Notes under the pieces: model-generated | The model's database searches: none | What the model was told of the DNA's origin: nothing | Seen by the model: only the letters and a program-made list of their open reading frames with translations | NCBI GenBank assembly: GCA_001603595.1 | Contig: LUZK01000026.1 | Location: 5,810 to 69,809, forward strand | From: Bacteroidales bacterium Bact_19 | GTDB taxonomy: Bacteria > Bacteroidota > Bacteroidia > Bacteroidales > ML635J-15 | Reading direction: 5' to 3' | DNA: 64,000 bases | Part shown: piece by piece, positions 32,573 through 43,130 of the stretch | How the letters are laid out: each line of letters starts with the position of its first letter | Position numbering within the stretch: position 1 is the first letter of the stretch | Position numbers and translations under genes: made by a program

Positions 32573-33790
32573 CTAATAGAAAATAAGTTTTGAAAAATTG
32601 TCCTTATTTAAAATTTCATTTGCTACCTCGAGAATGTCACTTTCAGTAACTTTTTCAATTTCGGAATACATTTCTTTTAAGGTTTCAACATTATTGTAAA
32701 CCAAAACAGACTTACCAATACCCATCAGAACGTTAGAGTGAATTTCGTTTGCAATTGCAAGTTGTCCGATAAGCTGTTTTTTCATTTTGTTTAATTGTAA
32801 AGTTCCTAGAGATTTTGATTTAAGAGCTGAAAACTCTTTAAAAATCAATTCTAATGCGATTTCATGATTATTTTTATCGGAGCTGAAATAAATAGTAAAC
32901 GAGCCTGTATCTTCGTAATTCGTATAATTAGATTCTATATTGTAGCTAAAACCTTTTTTTTCGCGTAAGAGTAGGTTTAATCTGGAATTCATACCCGGTC
33001 CCGCAAGAAGATTATTTATCATAAAAAAAGGCAATCTTTTCGGATTTTTATAAGAATATGCATAGGTACCGATTATGCAATGCAATTGATGTGTTTTGCG
33101 AGCAATTTTCTTTTCAAAAACAGTTTTGTTATTAAATTCAATTCTTTTGTAATTTCGGTAATTTGCAGGATTCTGCTCCAAATATTTTTTACATAATTTC
33201 TGCAACCTATCGAATTTTATCTTTCCGATTGATGCAAAGACCATTTGATCTGTATTGTATTTCTTAGCGACAAAAGTCCTTATTTCATCAACTTTAAATT
33301 TTTTCAACAATTTTTGAGAACCAAGTATATTTCTTCCTAAAGGATGTTTCGGAAAAATCATCTCCTCAAACAAATCATATATGGTGTCAACGGGAGAATC
33401 TTTATATGAATTTATTTCATCAATAATTACTTCACGTTCACGTTCAAATTCTCTTTCGGGAAATGTAGAATTAAAAACAACATCATTTAGCAATTCAATG
33501 GCACGTTCGTAAAACTCGTTTAAAAAACTTGCAGTTACACAGGTTTCTTCCTTAGAGGTATAGGCATCAATTTCACCTCCTACATCTTCGAGACGGCTTA
33601 GTATATGAAAAGTTTTACGATGTTTTGTCCCTTTAAAAAGCATGTGCTCTGTAAAATGAGCCAGTCCAGATTGATTCTCATCTTCGTCGCGTGAACCTGT
33701 ATTTATAATTATTCCACAGTGAGCAACATCAGAATCCACATATTTATGTACTAATCTTATTCCGTTACTCAGTTCTGAAATTTGATACAT
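32573..33790 (-). CDS. M16 family zinc peptidase
   Basis: GLAHFTEHMLFKGT (HxxEH), LSNGIR; start at ATG 33790. Confidence 0.92.
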   Translation of the reverse strand: MYQISELSNGIRLVHKYVDSDVAHCGIIINTGSRDEDENQSGLAHFTEHMLFKGTKHRKTFHILSRLEDVGGEIDAYTSKEETCVTASFLNEFYERAIELLNDVVFNSTFPEREFEREREVIIDEINSYKDSPVDTIYDLFEEMIFPKHPLGRNILGSQKLLKKFKVDEIRTFVAKKYNTDQMVFASIGKIKFDRLQKLCKKYLEQNPANYRNYKRIEFNNKTVFEKKIARKTHQLHCIIGTYAYSYKNPKRLPFFMINNLLAGPGMNSRLNLLLREKKGFSYNIESNYTNYEDTGSFTIYFSSDKNNHEIALELIFKEFSALKSKSLGTLQLNKMKKQLIGQLAIANEIHSNVLMGIGKSVLVYNNVETLKEMYSEIEKVTESDILEVANEILNKDNFSKLIFY

Positions 33791-33985
33791 GTAATTTTTT
33801 TTCGCAAAGATACTATTTAAGACATAAATACCAATATACATTTTTACATACTAAAGTAGATTATCTCGACATTTTTTCAATATAAAACAATTATTAAATT
33901 CCTGAATTTCTGATATATAGAATTTATATTAAAAAAAATTTTGTATTTTTTTCGTAAAGTTCTTGTATAATTAAAAAATTCTACA

Positions 33986-33993
33986 TATTTTTG
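33986..33993 (+). promoter_or_regulatory. -7 promoter box (TATTTTTG) for tRNA-Phe
   Basis: TAnnTTTG 11 nt upstream of the tRNA. Confidence 0.6.
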
Positions 33994-34004
33994 CAGTCCA
34001 AATT

Positions 34005-34077
34005 GGTACCATAGCTCAGTTGGTAGAGCACAGGACTGAAAATCCTGGTGTCCCTAGTTCGATCCTAGGTGGTACCA
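34005..34077 (+). tRNA. tRNA-Phe (anticodon GAA)
   Basis: GGTACCATAGCTCAGTTGGTAGAGCACAGGACTGAAAATCCTGGTGTCCCTAGTTCGATCCTAGGTGGTACCA cloverleaf. Confidence 0.97.
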
Positions 34078-34079
34078 CG

Positions 34080-34107
34080 GTCCTTCTGAAAAGAAGGACT
34101 TTTTTTT
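34080..34107 (+). terminator. Intrinsic terminator after tRNA-Phe
   Basis: GTCCTTCT-GAAA-AGAAGGAC followed by T8. Confidence 0.85.
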
Positions 34108-34221
34108 ATTATTATCATTAAACCTTGAAAAATCCGAGATATTTTCTTAGAAATATTTTTGTAGCATTAAAAAACAAATCAAAGAATTTGTTTTAATTTT
34201 GTTCATAAAATTATCTAAAAG

Positions 34222-34488
34222 ATGTTACCTTGCCCTATTCATAAATTAACAGGTTTTGACTGTCCGGGATGCGGAATGCAGAGAGCAGCAATGGAACTTC
34301 TCAATGGAAACATTTGTAAAAGTATATTATACTATCCTGCCCTTTTGCCTTTAATTCTTATGTTTGTTTTTCTATCTATATATTTAATTTTTAAAATTAA
34401 AAACGGAGCTAAAATTTTAAAATATTTATTTATTTTTAATGCAATAATTATTTTCGTAAATTACATAATTAAATTCATTAAAATATGA
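34222..34488 (+). CDS. DUF2752 domain membrane protein
   Basis: LPCPIHKLTGFDCPGCGMQRA motif plus two TM helices. Confidence 0.88.
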   Translation: MLPCPIHKLTGFDCPGCGMQRAAMELLNGNICKSILYYPALLPLILMFVFLSIYLIFKIKNGAKILKYLFIFNAIIIFVNYIIKFIKI

Positions 34489-35183
34489 CAGACGATTTGA
34501 ATCAAAACCCCAACAAAAACCAGGAAATACCTCCTGTTCCAGACATTACAAATATTCCGGATATTCCCGAGTTGAATGACGACTTAACACTCACATCAAA
34601 TGAAAATATAAATATTGAAGATCCGAACTCTATTGAACCAGACAAAACAGTAATTTCGGATATTAAAGCTGAAAATCAGCAACATACATCATATCAATCC
34701 AAAGGTTTTGGTCCGGAACATCATGAATTCAATCGTCAAAAAGAAATTGAAGAAGAAAAACTTTATGCTAAAAATACAAATAATTCATATTCATCAAATA
34801 AAAGCCAGACACCGCCAAATATTCCACCTCAAAACAATAATTACTTATATCAACAAAACTTACCAAATTCATCTGCTATATTAACTTTTGGAATATTATC
34901 AATATTAACAATTTGTTGTTGCGGATCATTTGTCCCTACAATTTTTGCAGTTATTGCTCTGGCAATGGCTGGCAAACCTTTACAGCTTTATAAACAAAAT
35001 CCGGGGCAATACACTTATTCTTCCTATAACAATATTAAAACAGGAAAAATTTGTGCTATAATAGGATTAATTCTTTCAATTTTGGTATTGATTATTTTTA
35101 TTTTAAACATGATTTTCAACGGTGAATTTCAATACCAATTTAACGAAATCATTAACGAGACATGGGATCAGAGTGGTTATTAA
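34485..35183 (+). CDS. CCC-motif membrane protein with disordered N-terminus
   Basis: LPNSSAILTFGILSILTICCC...Y..NPGQY...GKICAIIG. Confidence 0.82.
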   Translation: MTDDLNQNPNKNQEIPPVPDITNIPDIPELNDDLTLTSNENINIEDPNSIEPDKTVISDIKAENQQHTSYQSKGFGPEHHEFNRQKEIEEEKLYAKNTNNSYSSNKSQTPPNIPPQNNNYLYQQNLPNSSAILTFGILSILTICCCGSFVPTIFAVIALAMAGKPLQLYKQNPGQYTYSSYNNIKTGKICAIIGLILSILVLIIFILNMIFNGEFQYQFNEIINETWDQSGY

Positions 35184-35189
35184 AAGTTT

Positions 35190-36215
35190 ATGACATTACA
35201 AGATCGCATAGAAATTTTATCAGAAATTGGGACAGAATTATCTCAATTAATTGAAAATCGAGACTTATACGATTTTCCGGGATACGAAAAAATAAATCTG
35301 GAAAATTCTTGGTTTACTGAAGAATTCGTTAAGAATTCGTTCAATCATTATGCTTATTTATTGACAGAAAACAAACTAACTGATTGGACTAAGAATTATG
35401 ATTTTTCAAAAGATTTATCAAAAAAAACTTTAGGTATAATTATGGCAGGGAATATACCTTTGGTTGGTCTTCATGATTTTATCTGTGCCTATCTTAGCGG
35501 AATTAGTACGATTATAAAACCGAGCAGTAAAGATTCTGTTTTAATAAAATGGATTATCAATAGGATTCTGAAAAAACACAAAGAAAAAAACTATTTGATT
35601 AAAATTGCAGATGGGTCTATCAGTAGGGTTGATGCAATAATTGCCACAGGCAATAACAATTCAAACCGTTATTTTGAATATTATTTTTCAAGTATTCCAT
35701 CTATACTTAGAAAAAACAGAAATTCAATTGGAATACTTAGTGGCAATGAAACCGAAGAAGAACTATCAAAACTGACTGATGATATTTTCTTATATTTCGG
35801 ATTAGGTTGCAGAAGTGTGAGTTTGATTTACATTCCGGAAGATTATGATTTCAATCCTTTGTTCAAAGCTTTTGAAAAGTATAAACATTTGATTTATCAT
35901 CATAAGTACGCAAATAATCTGGAATACCAATATGCAGTAAATATTGTTAGCAGAATTCCGGTTTTAAATCCAGGAAATATTATTTTGATTGAAAACGATA
36001 AAATAAATTCACCCGTTGGTGTTTTACATTATAAATTTTATAAATTTGCCGAAGATATTTATAAAGAGATAAATAAGAATATAGAGGATATTCAATGTGT
36101 TTCGACCAGTAAATTATCAAAATCTTTTGAAGTGGAATTCGGAAGAACACAATATCCGGAATTAAATGAATATGCAGATAATATAGATACGTTAAAATTT
36201 ATTTTAACATTATGA
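35190..36215 (+). CDS. Acyl-CoA reductase (LuxC-like)
   Basis: IMAGNIPLVGLHD, IATGNNNSNRYFEYYF, YFGLGCRSVS. Confidence 0.85.
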   Translation: MTLQDRIEILSEIGTELSQLIENRDLYDFPGYEKINLENSWFTEEFVKNSFNHYAYLLTENKLTDWTKNYDFSKDLSKKTLGIIMAGNIPLVGLHDFICAYLSGISTIIKPSSKDSVLIKWIINRILKKHKEKNYLIKIADGSISRVDAIIATGNNNSNRYFEYYFSSIPSILRKNRNSIGILSGNETEEELSKLTDDIFLYFGLGCRSVSLIYIPEDYDFNPLFKAFEKYKHLIYHHKYANNLEYQYAVNIVSRIPVLNPGNIILIENDKINSPVGVLHYKFYKFAEDIYKEINKNIEDIQCVSTSKLSKSFEVEFGRTQYPELNEYADNIDTLKFILTL

Positions 36216-36748
36216 GCAGAATAATAAAATACAGAATTGTAAGTGCTTACGATGATGATTTCGTAAGAGATATAGAAATTGAAGAAGACAAAACCTTTAT
36301 GGATTTGCATTTGGCTATTCAGTCAGCTTGTAATTATGACCCAAGCTTATTAACAACTTTTTATCTTTCAAATAAAAATTGGGATAAACTTCAAGAAATT
36401 AGTGCCGAATGCATTGACCCCGAAACTCAAAAAGAGGTAATGCTTATGGACAGCACTAAATTAGCCAAATTCAAACCTGTTGTAGGACAAAGATATATTT
36501 ACATTTTCGACTTTTTCTCAGTAAGAGCATTTTTTATTGAAATAGTAAACATCAGAGAAAAATCCGAAAGTGATGAAAATCTCCAATTTCCTATATGTAC
36601 ACTATCTCACGGAAATCCTCCAGAACAATTATTTGTTGATGATATTACCGATGATAATGACATCGAAGATGATGATTTTAATGACATTGATGATGATTTA
36701 TATGATGATTTCAACGAATATGGATATGATAATTTAGATGATTATTAG
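36212..36748 (+). CDS. pRiA4b ORF-3-like protein with acidic tail
   Basis: FVRDIEI...TFMDLHLAI...YIFDFFSVR; D-rich C-terminus. Confidence 0.75.
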   Translation: MSRIIKYRIVSAYDDDFVRDIEIEEDKTFMDLHLAIQSACNYDPSLLTTFYLSNKNWDKLQEISAECIDPETQKEVMLMDSTKLAKFKPVVGQRYIYIFDFFSVRAFFIEIVNIREKSESDENLQFPICTLSHGNPPEQLFVDDITDDNDIEDDDFNDIDDDLYDDFNEYGYDNLDDY

Positions 36749-36757
36749 AATTTTAAA

Positions 36758-37657
36758 ATGACAAAAAAACTTTTTGTTATTCTAGGTCCCACAGCAATTG
36801 GAAAAACAGAGCTTAGCATTGAAATAGCACAAAGAATTAATTCAGAAATTTTCTCTTGCGATTCGAGGCAATTTTTTAAAGAATTAAATATTGGAGTTGC
36901 CAAACCTGATGTAAATCAATTAAATACCGTAAAACATCATTTTATAGGGCATATTTCGGTTACCCAACATTACAGTATAAGTAAATACGAACAAGATTTT
37001 CTCGCTTTATCGAGTGAATATTTCAAAAAAAACAACATTGCAATTTTGTGTGGAGGTTCGGGTTTATATATTGATGCTGTTTGTTATGGAGTTGATGAAA
37101 TGCCTGATCATGATCCTAAAATTCGTGAAGAAGTAAATGTTTTTTTAAAAACTTATGGCCTTGAAAAGTTAAAGCAAGAGGTAAAAAAAATAGATCCGGA
37201 ATATTATAACTCTGTTGATAAAAACAATCCTCAAAGACTGTTAAGAGCCCTGGAAATATACAAACAAACCGGGAAAAAATTCTCAGAATACAGGAAAAGA
37301 AATATCCCCAAAAGAGATTTTGAAATCATAAAAATTGGCATAGAATTAGAAAGAGAAAAACTTTATCAAAAAGCCAATTTAAGAGTGGATAAAATGATAG
37401 TAGCCGGGTTAATAGATGAAGTTAAAAGCTTATCAGTATATAAAGAATTAATTCCTTTAAAAACAATAGGTTACAAAGAAATTTTTGATTACTTTGACAA
37501 CAAAATCAATCTTGAAACTGCGATTGAACAAATTAAACGAAATACAAGACATTATATCCGCAGGCAAATGACATGGTTTAGAAGGTATAATGATATTAAA
37601 TGGTTTAACGTTGAACAAAAAAATGATATAATGTGTTATATAGAAAAATCTTTATAA
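36758..37657 (+). CDS. miaA: tRNA dimethylallyltransferase
   Basis: GPTAIGKT, CDSRQ, GGSGLY, TIGYKE, RRQMTWF. Confidence 0.96.
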   Translation: MTKKLFVILGPTAIGKTELSIEIAQRINSEIFSCDSRQFFKELNIGVAKPDVNQLNTVKHHFIGHISVTQHYSISKYEQDFLALSSEYFKKNNIAILCGGSGLYIDAVCYGVDEMPDHDPKIREEVNVFLKTYGLEKLKQEVKKIDPEYYNSVDKNNPQRLLRALEIYKQTGKKFSEYRKRNIPKRDFEIIKIGIELEREKLYQKANLRVDKMIVAGLIDEVKSLSVYKELIPLKTIGYKEIFDYFDNKINLETAIEQIKRNTRHYIRRQMTWFRRYNDIKWFNVEQKNDIMCYIEKSL

Positions 37658-37675
37658 ATTTCAAAAATTGAAACT

Positions 37676-38074
37676 ATGAAAAAAATTATTGTTTTATTAA
37701 GTGCCATTGCAATGTTTGGTTTATTTGCAAATGCTCAAAACACGCAACTTACTCAGTCAAAAATCATTTCCCTTACAGAATCAAATTTTGATGCAACAAC
37801 TAAAAAAGGGCTTTACCTTGTAGATTTCTATGCCGACTGGTGTCGTCCATGTAAACTAATGAAACCCGTATTAGAAGAATTTGCGGGAAACTATGAGTCT
37901 AAAATTAAAGTAGTATCAGTTAATACTGATTATAATAAAAATCTCTCAACTCAGTACCAGGTTAGTGGAATTCCTTGTTTAATACTCCTGAAAGACGGAA
38001 AAGAGATAAAAAGATTGGTAGGTTATAGAGGAAAGGCAGAGCTTGAAAACGATCTTCAACAATGGATAAAATAA
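37676..38074 (+). CDS. Thioredoxin with N-terminal signal peptide
   Basis: VDFYADWCRPCK; signal MKKIIVLL...ANAQ. Confidence 0.9.
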   Translation: MKKIIVLLSAIAMFGLFANAQNTQLTQSKIISLTESNFDATTKKGLYLVDFYADWCRPCKLMKPVLEEFAGNYESKIKVVSVNTDYNKNLSTQYQVSGIPCLILLKDGKEIKRLVGYRGKAELENDLQQWIK

Positions 38075-38099
38075 AAAAACCGGATTTGCCGGTTTTTTT
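38073..38099. terminator. Bidirectional intrinsic terminator
   Basis: A7-CCGG-ATTTG-CCGG-T7 between convergent genes. Confidence 0.8.
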
Positions 38100-38100
38100 A

Positions 38101-39111
38101 TTATTCAACAGTCCAAGTACTCCCACTATTAAATACATCATCCATGCATTTAAATTTTGATTTACTTTTAACTTCTTCAATTTGTTGATTAAGCAAATCA
38201 TCAAAGCAAGAAGCTTCAACGGCCCTAATAATTCCAAATACCATCGGAAAGTCAGGCAAATTAAGATTAGCAAGTGCAAGGTGAATAATTGGGTTCTTTT
38301 GTGTCATATCATGAACTAAAATATCCTTTTCGGTAATACCGTTTTCACCTATTTTAACTATCTTCAATTCGCCATTTTCAAAAATTAAGCCCTTATCTTT
38401 ATTCTTACCAAAAATCATTGGTTTTCCGTGTTCAACCCACAATTGATTTTCTTCACGCTCATCCTTATTTGTAATTTTATTGTGGGCTCCATCATTAAAG
38501 ATTACACAATTCTGAAGAATTTCAATTATAGATGTACCTTTAAATTTATCAGCAAACTTGAAGATTTCAACGTTTTCCTTAACGTTAACGTCAATAGTTC
38601 GTGCAAAGAATGTTCCTCCTGCACCAATTGTCAAAGAGCCAACATTAAAAGGTTTTTCTAATGTCCCATAAGGCGAAGTCTTTGTTTTTTGACCAAATTT
38701 TGATGTAGGAGAATACTGACCTTTAGTAAGACCATAAATTTCGTTGTTAAACAACAAAACATTAACATCAATATTTCTACGTACTTCGTGAATAAAGTGA
38801 TTCCCTCCAATAGCGAGTGCATCTCCATCACCGGTAATTTGCCAAACGCTGAGTTTAGGATTAGCAATTTTTACACCTGTAGCAAGCAAAGCTGCACGTC
38901 CATGAATACCGTGAAATCCATAAGTATTCATATAATACGGAAAACGAGATGAACAACCTATACCCGAAACTACTACAAAATCTTCACGTTTACGTCCGGT
39001 TTCTGCAAAAGCTTTTTGAACAGCTGCTAAAATGGAGAAGTCTCCACAACCAGGGCACCATCTTACCATTTGCCCGCTTTTAAAATCTTTAGCTTCGTAT
39101 GTTGTTGACAT
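38101..39111 (-). CDS. korB: 2-oxoacid:ferredoxin oxidoreductase beta subunit
   Basis: WCPGCGD, SGIGCSSRFPYY, TPP motif GDGD...NN, YGLTKGQYSPT. Confidence 0.93.
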   Translation of the reverse strand: MSTTYEAKDFKSGQMVRWCPGCGDFSILAAVQKAFAETGRKREDFVVVSGIGCSSRFPYYMNTYGFHGIHGRAALLATGVKIANPKLSVWQITGDGDALAIGGNHFIHEVRRNIDVNVLLFNNEIYGLTKGQYSPTSKFGQKTKTSPYGTLEKPFNVGSLTIGAGGTFFARTIDVNVKENVEIFKFADKFKGTSIIEILQNCVIFNDGAHNKITNKDEREENQLWVEHGKPMIFGKNKDKGLIFENGELKIVKIGENGITEKDILVHDMTQKNPIIHLALANLNLPDFPMVFGIIRAVEASCFDDLLNQQIEEVKSKSKFKCMDDVFNSGSTWTVE

Positions 39112-39114
39112 AAT

Positions 39115-40944
39115 TTATTCCTCCATCATTTTTTGAATTTTTTCTACGATTTCATTCACTGTAAATGGTAATCCCTGAATTTTATTTATTTGTTCGTATT
39201 TATATTGCGGGAAGGTCATTCTCAAATAGTTGGCAAGTTGTCCCATGTTCATTTCACAAACAATAATTCTCTTATATTTTTCAAGGATTTCACCAAGATT
39301 TTTTGGAAATGGATTGATGTAATGAATATGTGCATGGGCAAGTTTTAAACCGTTTTGAGCCAATTCTTCAATAGCAGACTCTATATGTCCGTAAGAACTG
39401 CCCCAACCAATAATAAGAGTATCGGCATCTTCGAAACCCTCTACAATTTGCAATGGTATAAAATCAGCTATTTTCTTTACTTTACTGTCCCTTAACATTG
39501 TCATTCTTTCGTGATTTGCCGGTACATAAGAGACAGTTCCGGTAATATCCATCTTTTCCAGACCTCCGATTCTGTGTTCTAATCCGGGAGTACCTGGAAT
39601 TGCCCACATTCTTACAAAATTTTCATCTCTTGCATAAGGCTGATAACATTCTACATCTTCCTTAGCAAATTTAGGTTTAATTTCATCTAGATCTTTAACA
39701 GAAACAATTTTCCACGGTTCGGTTCCGTTGGCAAGATAAGAATCTGTCAACAACAATACGGGAGTCATGTGTTCGATTGCAATTTTTGATGCCTGATAAG
39801 CATAATGGAAACAATTTGATGGAGTACTTGCAGCAATAACAGGAACAGGAGATTCTCCATTTCGTCCGAATAATGCCTGCATTAAATCTGCTTGCTCGGT
39901 TTTTGTTGGTAACCCTGTTGATGGTCCACCACGCTGAACGTCAACAACAACCAATGGCAATTCAGTCATAACAGCTAAACCAAGAGCTTCAGATTTTAAT
40001 GCTAAACCAGGTCCAGAAGTGGACGTTGCTGCAAAATTTCCTGCAAAAGCAGCGCCAATAGCTGTAACAATTCCTCCGATTTCATCTTCTGCCTGTAAGC
40101 ATTTAGCTCCCAAATCTCTTCTTTCTGCGATTTCCATTAAAATTTCAGTTGCCGGGGTTATTGGATAAGAACCTAAATAAAATGGCAAATTTGCCTTTTC
40201 GGCTGCTGCCAATAAACCCCATGCTGTAGCTATATTTCCGCTTATACTTTTATATTTCCCTTTTAGTCTTGTATCATTACTAACTCTAAACGACGGAATT
40301 GCCTGAATTGCTGAGGCATAAGAGGCCCCGCCTTGTAATACCTTTTTGTTAGCTTCTGCCAATTCAGGCTTATTTTTAAACTTCTTTTCTAAAAATTCCT
40401 CTGTATATTTCAAAGGAAATCCAAATAGCTTATAAACAATACCCAAAGCAAACATGTTTTTCATCTTCATTATAGTTTTGATATCTAAACCTGTATCCTG
40501 AAGAGCTGCTTTGGTCATAGAACTTATTGGTGCTTCAATTAAATTATTGTTTTGCTTTATTTGTTCAAAAAGTTCGGGAGTAAAACCTGCTTTTTCGAAA
40601 TTTGCTTCACTAAAAGTATCCGAATCGGCTATTATGGTTGATCCCCATTTTATATTATTAATATTTGCCATAATAGCTGCAGGATTCAATGCGATTAGAA
40701 CATCACATTTATCCCCCGGAGTATAAACATTTTTGCCAAAATGTAGTTGAAAACCTGATACACCACCAACTGTTCCCTGGGGTGCTCTAATTTCAGCCGG
40801 ATAATCAGGAAAAGTCGCGACTTCTTCTCCCATTAAAGCTGTGGTATTTGTCAATTGTGTTCCGGTTAATTGTATTCCGTCTCCGGAATCACCGGCAATT
40901 TTTACTACCACATTGTCTAAATCAATAATCTTTTTACTACTCAT
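39115..40944 (-). CDS. korA: 2-oxoacid:ferredoxin oxidoreductase alpha (gamma-alpha fused) subunit
   Basis: AGDSGDGIQLTG, YPAEIRAP, YPITPA, QAEDE, TSGPG, QRGGPSTGLPTK. Confidence 0.93.
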   Translation of the reverse strand: MSSKKIIDLDNVVVKIAGDSGDGIQLTGTQLTNTTALMGEEVATFPDYPAEIRAPQGTVGGVSGFQLHFGKNVYTPGDKCDVLIALNPAAIMANINNIKWGSTIIADSDTFSEANFEKAGFTPELFEQIKQNNNLIEAPISSMTKAALQDTGLDIKTIMKMKNMFALGIVYKLFGFPLKYTEEFLEKKFKNKPELAEANKKVLQGGASYASAIQAIPSFRVSNDTRLKGKYKSISGNIATAWGLLAAAEKANLPFYLGSYPITPATEILMEIAERRDLGAKCLQAEDEIGGIVTAIGAAFAGNFAATSTSGPGLALKSEALGLAVMTELPLVVVDVQRGGPSTGLPTKTEQADLMQALFGRNGESPVPVIAASTPSNCFHYAYQASKIAIEHMTPVLLLTDSYLANGTEPWKIVSVKDLDEIKPKFAKEDVECYQPYARDENFVRMWAIPGTPGLEHRIGGLEKMDITGTVSYVPANHERMTMLRDSKVKKIADFIPLQIVEGFEDADTLIIGWGSSYGHIESAIEELAQNGLKLAHAHIHYINPFPKNLGEILEKYKRIIVCEMNMGQLANYLRMTFPQYKYEQINKIQGLPFTVNEIVEKIQKMMEE

Positions 40945-40970
40945 ATCAATTGTTATTTATTAAACAAAAA

Positions 40971-43103
40971 TTACTGTTGAATTTCTTTCATACTAAGTTG
41001 TATTCTTTTTCTTTCTATATCTATAGATAAAATTTTCACTCTAACATGCTGATGTAACTTCAATACTTGTGAAGGATTAGAAATAAATTGTTCTGTAATT
41101 TGGGAAATATGGATTAATCCGTTTTCCTTAATTCCAATATCAACGAATGCTCCAAAGTTTGTAATATTAGTAATAATCCCTGGCAAAATCATACCTTCTT
41201 TCAAGTCTTCAATTTTGTAGATACTTTTATCAAACTCTAAAACTTTAACTTGTTTTCGCGGATCTCTTCCGGGCTTTTCCAGTTCAGCTACTATATCTTG
41301 CAATGTTGGTAATCCGAAATTCTCGTCAATATAATCATGTAGATTTATTTTAGAAACCAAGTCCTTATTACTTATCAAGTCATTGATTTTAACTCCGAGA
41401 TTTTTAGCAATTTTTTCAACAACTCCATAAGCTTCGGGATGCACGGCACTGTTATCAAGCGGATTATCACTTTCTGGAATACGTAAAAATCCTGCACATT
41501 GTTCATAGGCTTTTGCACCTAACCTTGGAACTTTAATCAATTCTTTTCTAGATTTAAAATAACCGTTAGTCTTGCGATACTCAACTATATTTTGTGCCAA
41601 TACTGGTCCTAATCCTGAAACGTAAGTTAATAAATGTTTACTCGCAGTATTCAGGTTAACTCCAACCGTATTTACACAGGATTCTACCACACGGTCAAGG
41701 CTTTCTTTAAGCATCTTTTGGTCAACATCATGTTGATATTGCCCCACTCCTATTGCTTTCGGGTCAATTTTAACCAATTCAGCCAGTGGGTCCATCAAAC
41801 GTCTGGCAATAGAAACAGCACCCCGAACAGTAACATCATATTGCGGAAATTCTTCCCTAGCAATTGAGGATGCTGAATAAACAGAGGCTCCGTCCTCGCT
41901 TACAACATAAACCTTAACTTCCCTATCGAAATGTATTTTCTTAATAAAATACTCTGTTTCTCTGCTTGCAGTGCCATTACCAATTGCAATAGCTTCGATT
42001 TTATACGTACTGACAAGTGTAGATATTTTTTTTGAAGCTAAAGCAACTTCTTCTTGTGGTTTATGCGGATAAATTGTTTCGTTATGAAGAAGATTTCCCG
42101 TTTCGTCAAGACAAACAACTTTGCAACCTGTTTTATATCCCGGATCAATGCCCATTACTCGTTTTTTGCCAAGAGGAGGTTCAAGTAAAAGCTGTCTTAA
42201 ATTTGACGCAAACACTTCAATTGCTTGTATATCAGCCTTTTGTTTAGCATCATTAAAAAATTCATTTTCGATTGATGGTTTTAATAATCTATCATAAGCA
42301 TCTTCAACAGCTTCGGCAACAATTAAAGAGGAATGTTCCTTCCCTTTAACAAATAGATAATTTAATGATTTTAGTGCTAAGTTTCTATCGGGAGAAATAT
42401 CAACACGCAATAAAGATTCACGATTAGCACGCATAATTGCCAAAATTCTATGAGAAGGACAATTATCTAATTTTTGGGAAAATTCAAAGTAATCTTTATA
42501 TTTTTCGGCTTCGGCTTCTTTAGATTTTATAACTCTGGATGAAATAATAGCTGTTTGTGCAAAAATTTTTCTAATTCTTTCCCTTGCCTGTTTCTCTTCA
42601 CTAACAATTTCGGAAATAATATCTTTTGCTCCCTGAATTGCTTCATCAACATCTTTAACTTGCTCGTTAACAAATGATTCTGCAAATTTAAAAACATCAA
42701 ACTTTGGAGCTTGTTTCAGGATTGCTTCGGCAAGCGGTTCTAAGCCTTTTTCACGAGCTACCGAAGCTCTTGTTTTACGTTTTGGTTTATATGGCAGATA
42801 TAAATCTTCAATTTCATTTATATCCCAGGTGGAATTTATTTGATTTAAAAATTCATCGGTAAGTTTCCCTTGTTTTTCAACTGAACTTATGATGCTTTTT
42901 TTTCTATCTTTAATCTCAACAAATCTTTCATACTCTTTTTTGATGATTTCAATCTGAGTTTCGTCGAGCCCGCCGGTTTTTTCTTTTCGATAACGACTAA
43001 TAAACGGAATTGTTGCTCCATCATTTAGAAGTGCTACAGTGGCAGAAACATTTTTATAACTGATGCCCGTAGTTCTAACAACCAATTCCAGTAACTCAGT
43101 CAT
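40971..43103 (-). CDS. tex: Tex family RNA-binding transcription accessory protein
   Basis: GATIPFISRYRKE, GIDPGYKTGCK, DPKAIGVGQYQHD, HhH, C-terminal S1 domain. Confidence 0.95.
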   Translation of the reverse strand: MTELLELVVRTTGISYKNVSATVALLNDGATIPFISRYRKEKTGGLDETQIEIIKKEYERFVEIKDRKKSIISSVEKQGKLTDEFLNQINSTWDINEIEDLYLPYKPKRKTRASVAREKGLEPLAEAILKQAPKFDVFKFAESFVNEQVKDVDEAIQGAKDIISEIVSEEKQARERIRKIFAQTAIISSRVIKSKEAEAEKYKDYFEFSQKLDNCPSHRILAIMRANRESLLRVDISPDRNLALKSLNYLFVKGKEHSSLIVAEAVEDAYDRLLKPSIENEFFNDAKQKADIQAIEVFASNLRQLLLEPPLGKKRVMGIDPGYKTGCKVVCLDETGNLLHNETIYPHKPQEEVALASKKISTLVSTYKIEAIAIGNGTASRETEYFIKKIHFDREVKVYVVSEDGASVYSASSIAREEFPQYDVTVRGAVSIARRLMDPLAELVKIDPKAIGVGQYQHDVDQKMLKESLDRVVESCVNTVGVNLNTASKHLLTYVSGLGPVLAQNIVEYRKTNGYFKSRKELIKVPRLGAKAYEQCAGFLRIPESDNPLDNSAVHPEAYGVVEKIAKNLGVKINDLISNKDLVSKINLHDYIDENFGLPTLQDIVAELEKPGRDPRKQVKVLEFDKSIYKIEDLKEGMILPGIITNITNFGAFVDIGIKENGLIHISQITEQFISNPSQVLKLHQHVRVKILSIDIERKRIQLSMKEIQQ

Positions 43104-43106
43104 TTA

Positions 43107-43130
43107 ATTATTATTATTATTATTATTATT
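43107..43130 (-). repeat. (AAT)8 trinucleotide tract in tex 5' leader
   Basis: Eight perfect ATT units on the plus strand between a TAGTTTTG box (about 43136-43143, minus strand) and the ATG. Confidence 0.85.

Noticed and set aside
35190-36215. LuxC-like gene as bioluminescence or as part of the KAS-SDR system
   Set aside because: No luxAB/luxE nearby; it is a common Bacteroidota gene, about 8 kb away in a different operon, so a link is unsupported
36212-36748. pRiA4b ORF-3/IS1096-passenger-like protein as sign of a mobile element
   Set aside because: No transposase or terminal repeats; it sits in an operon with miaA, a usual Bacteroidota context
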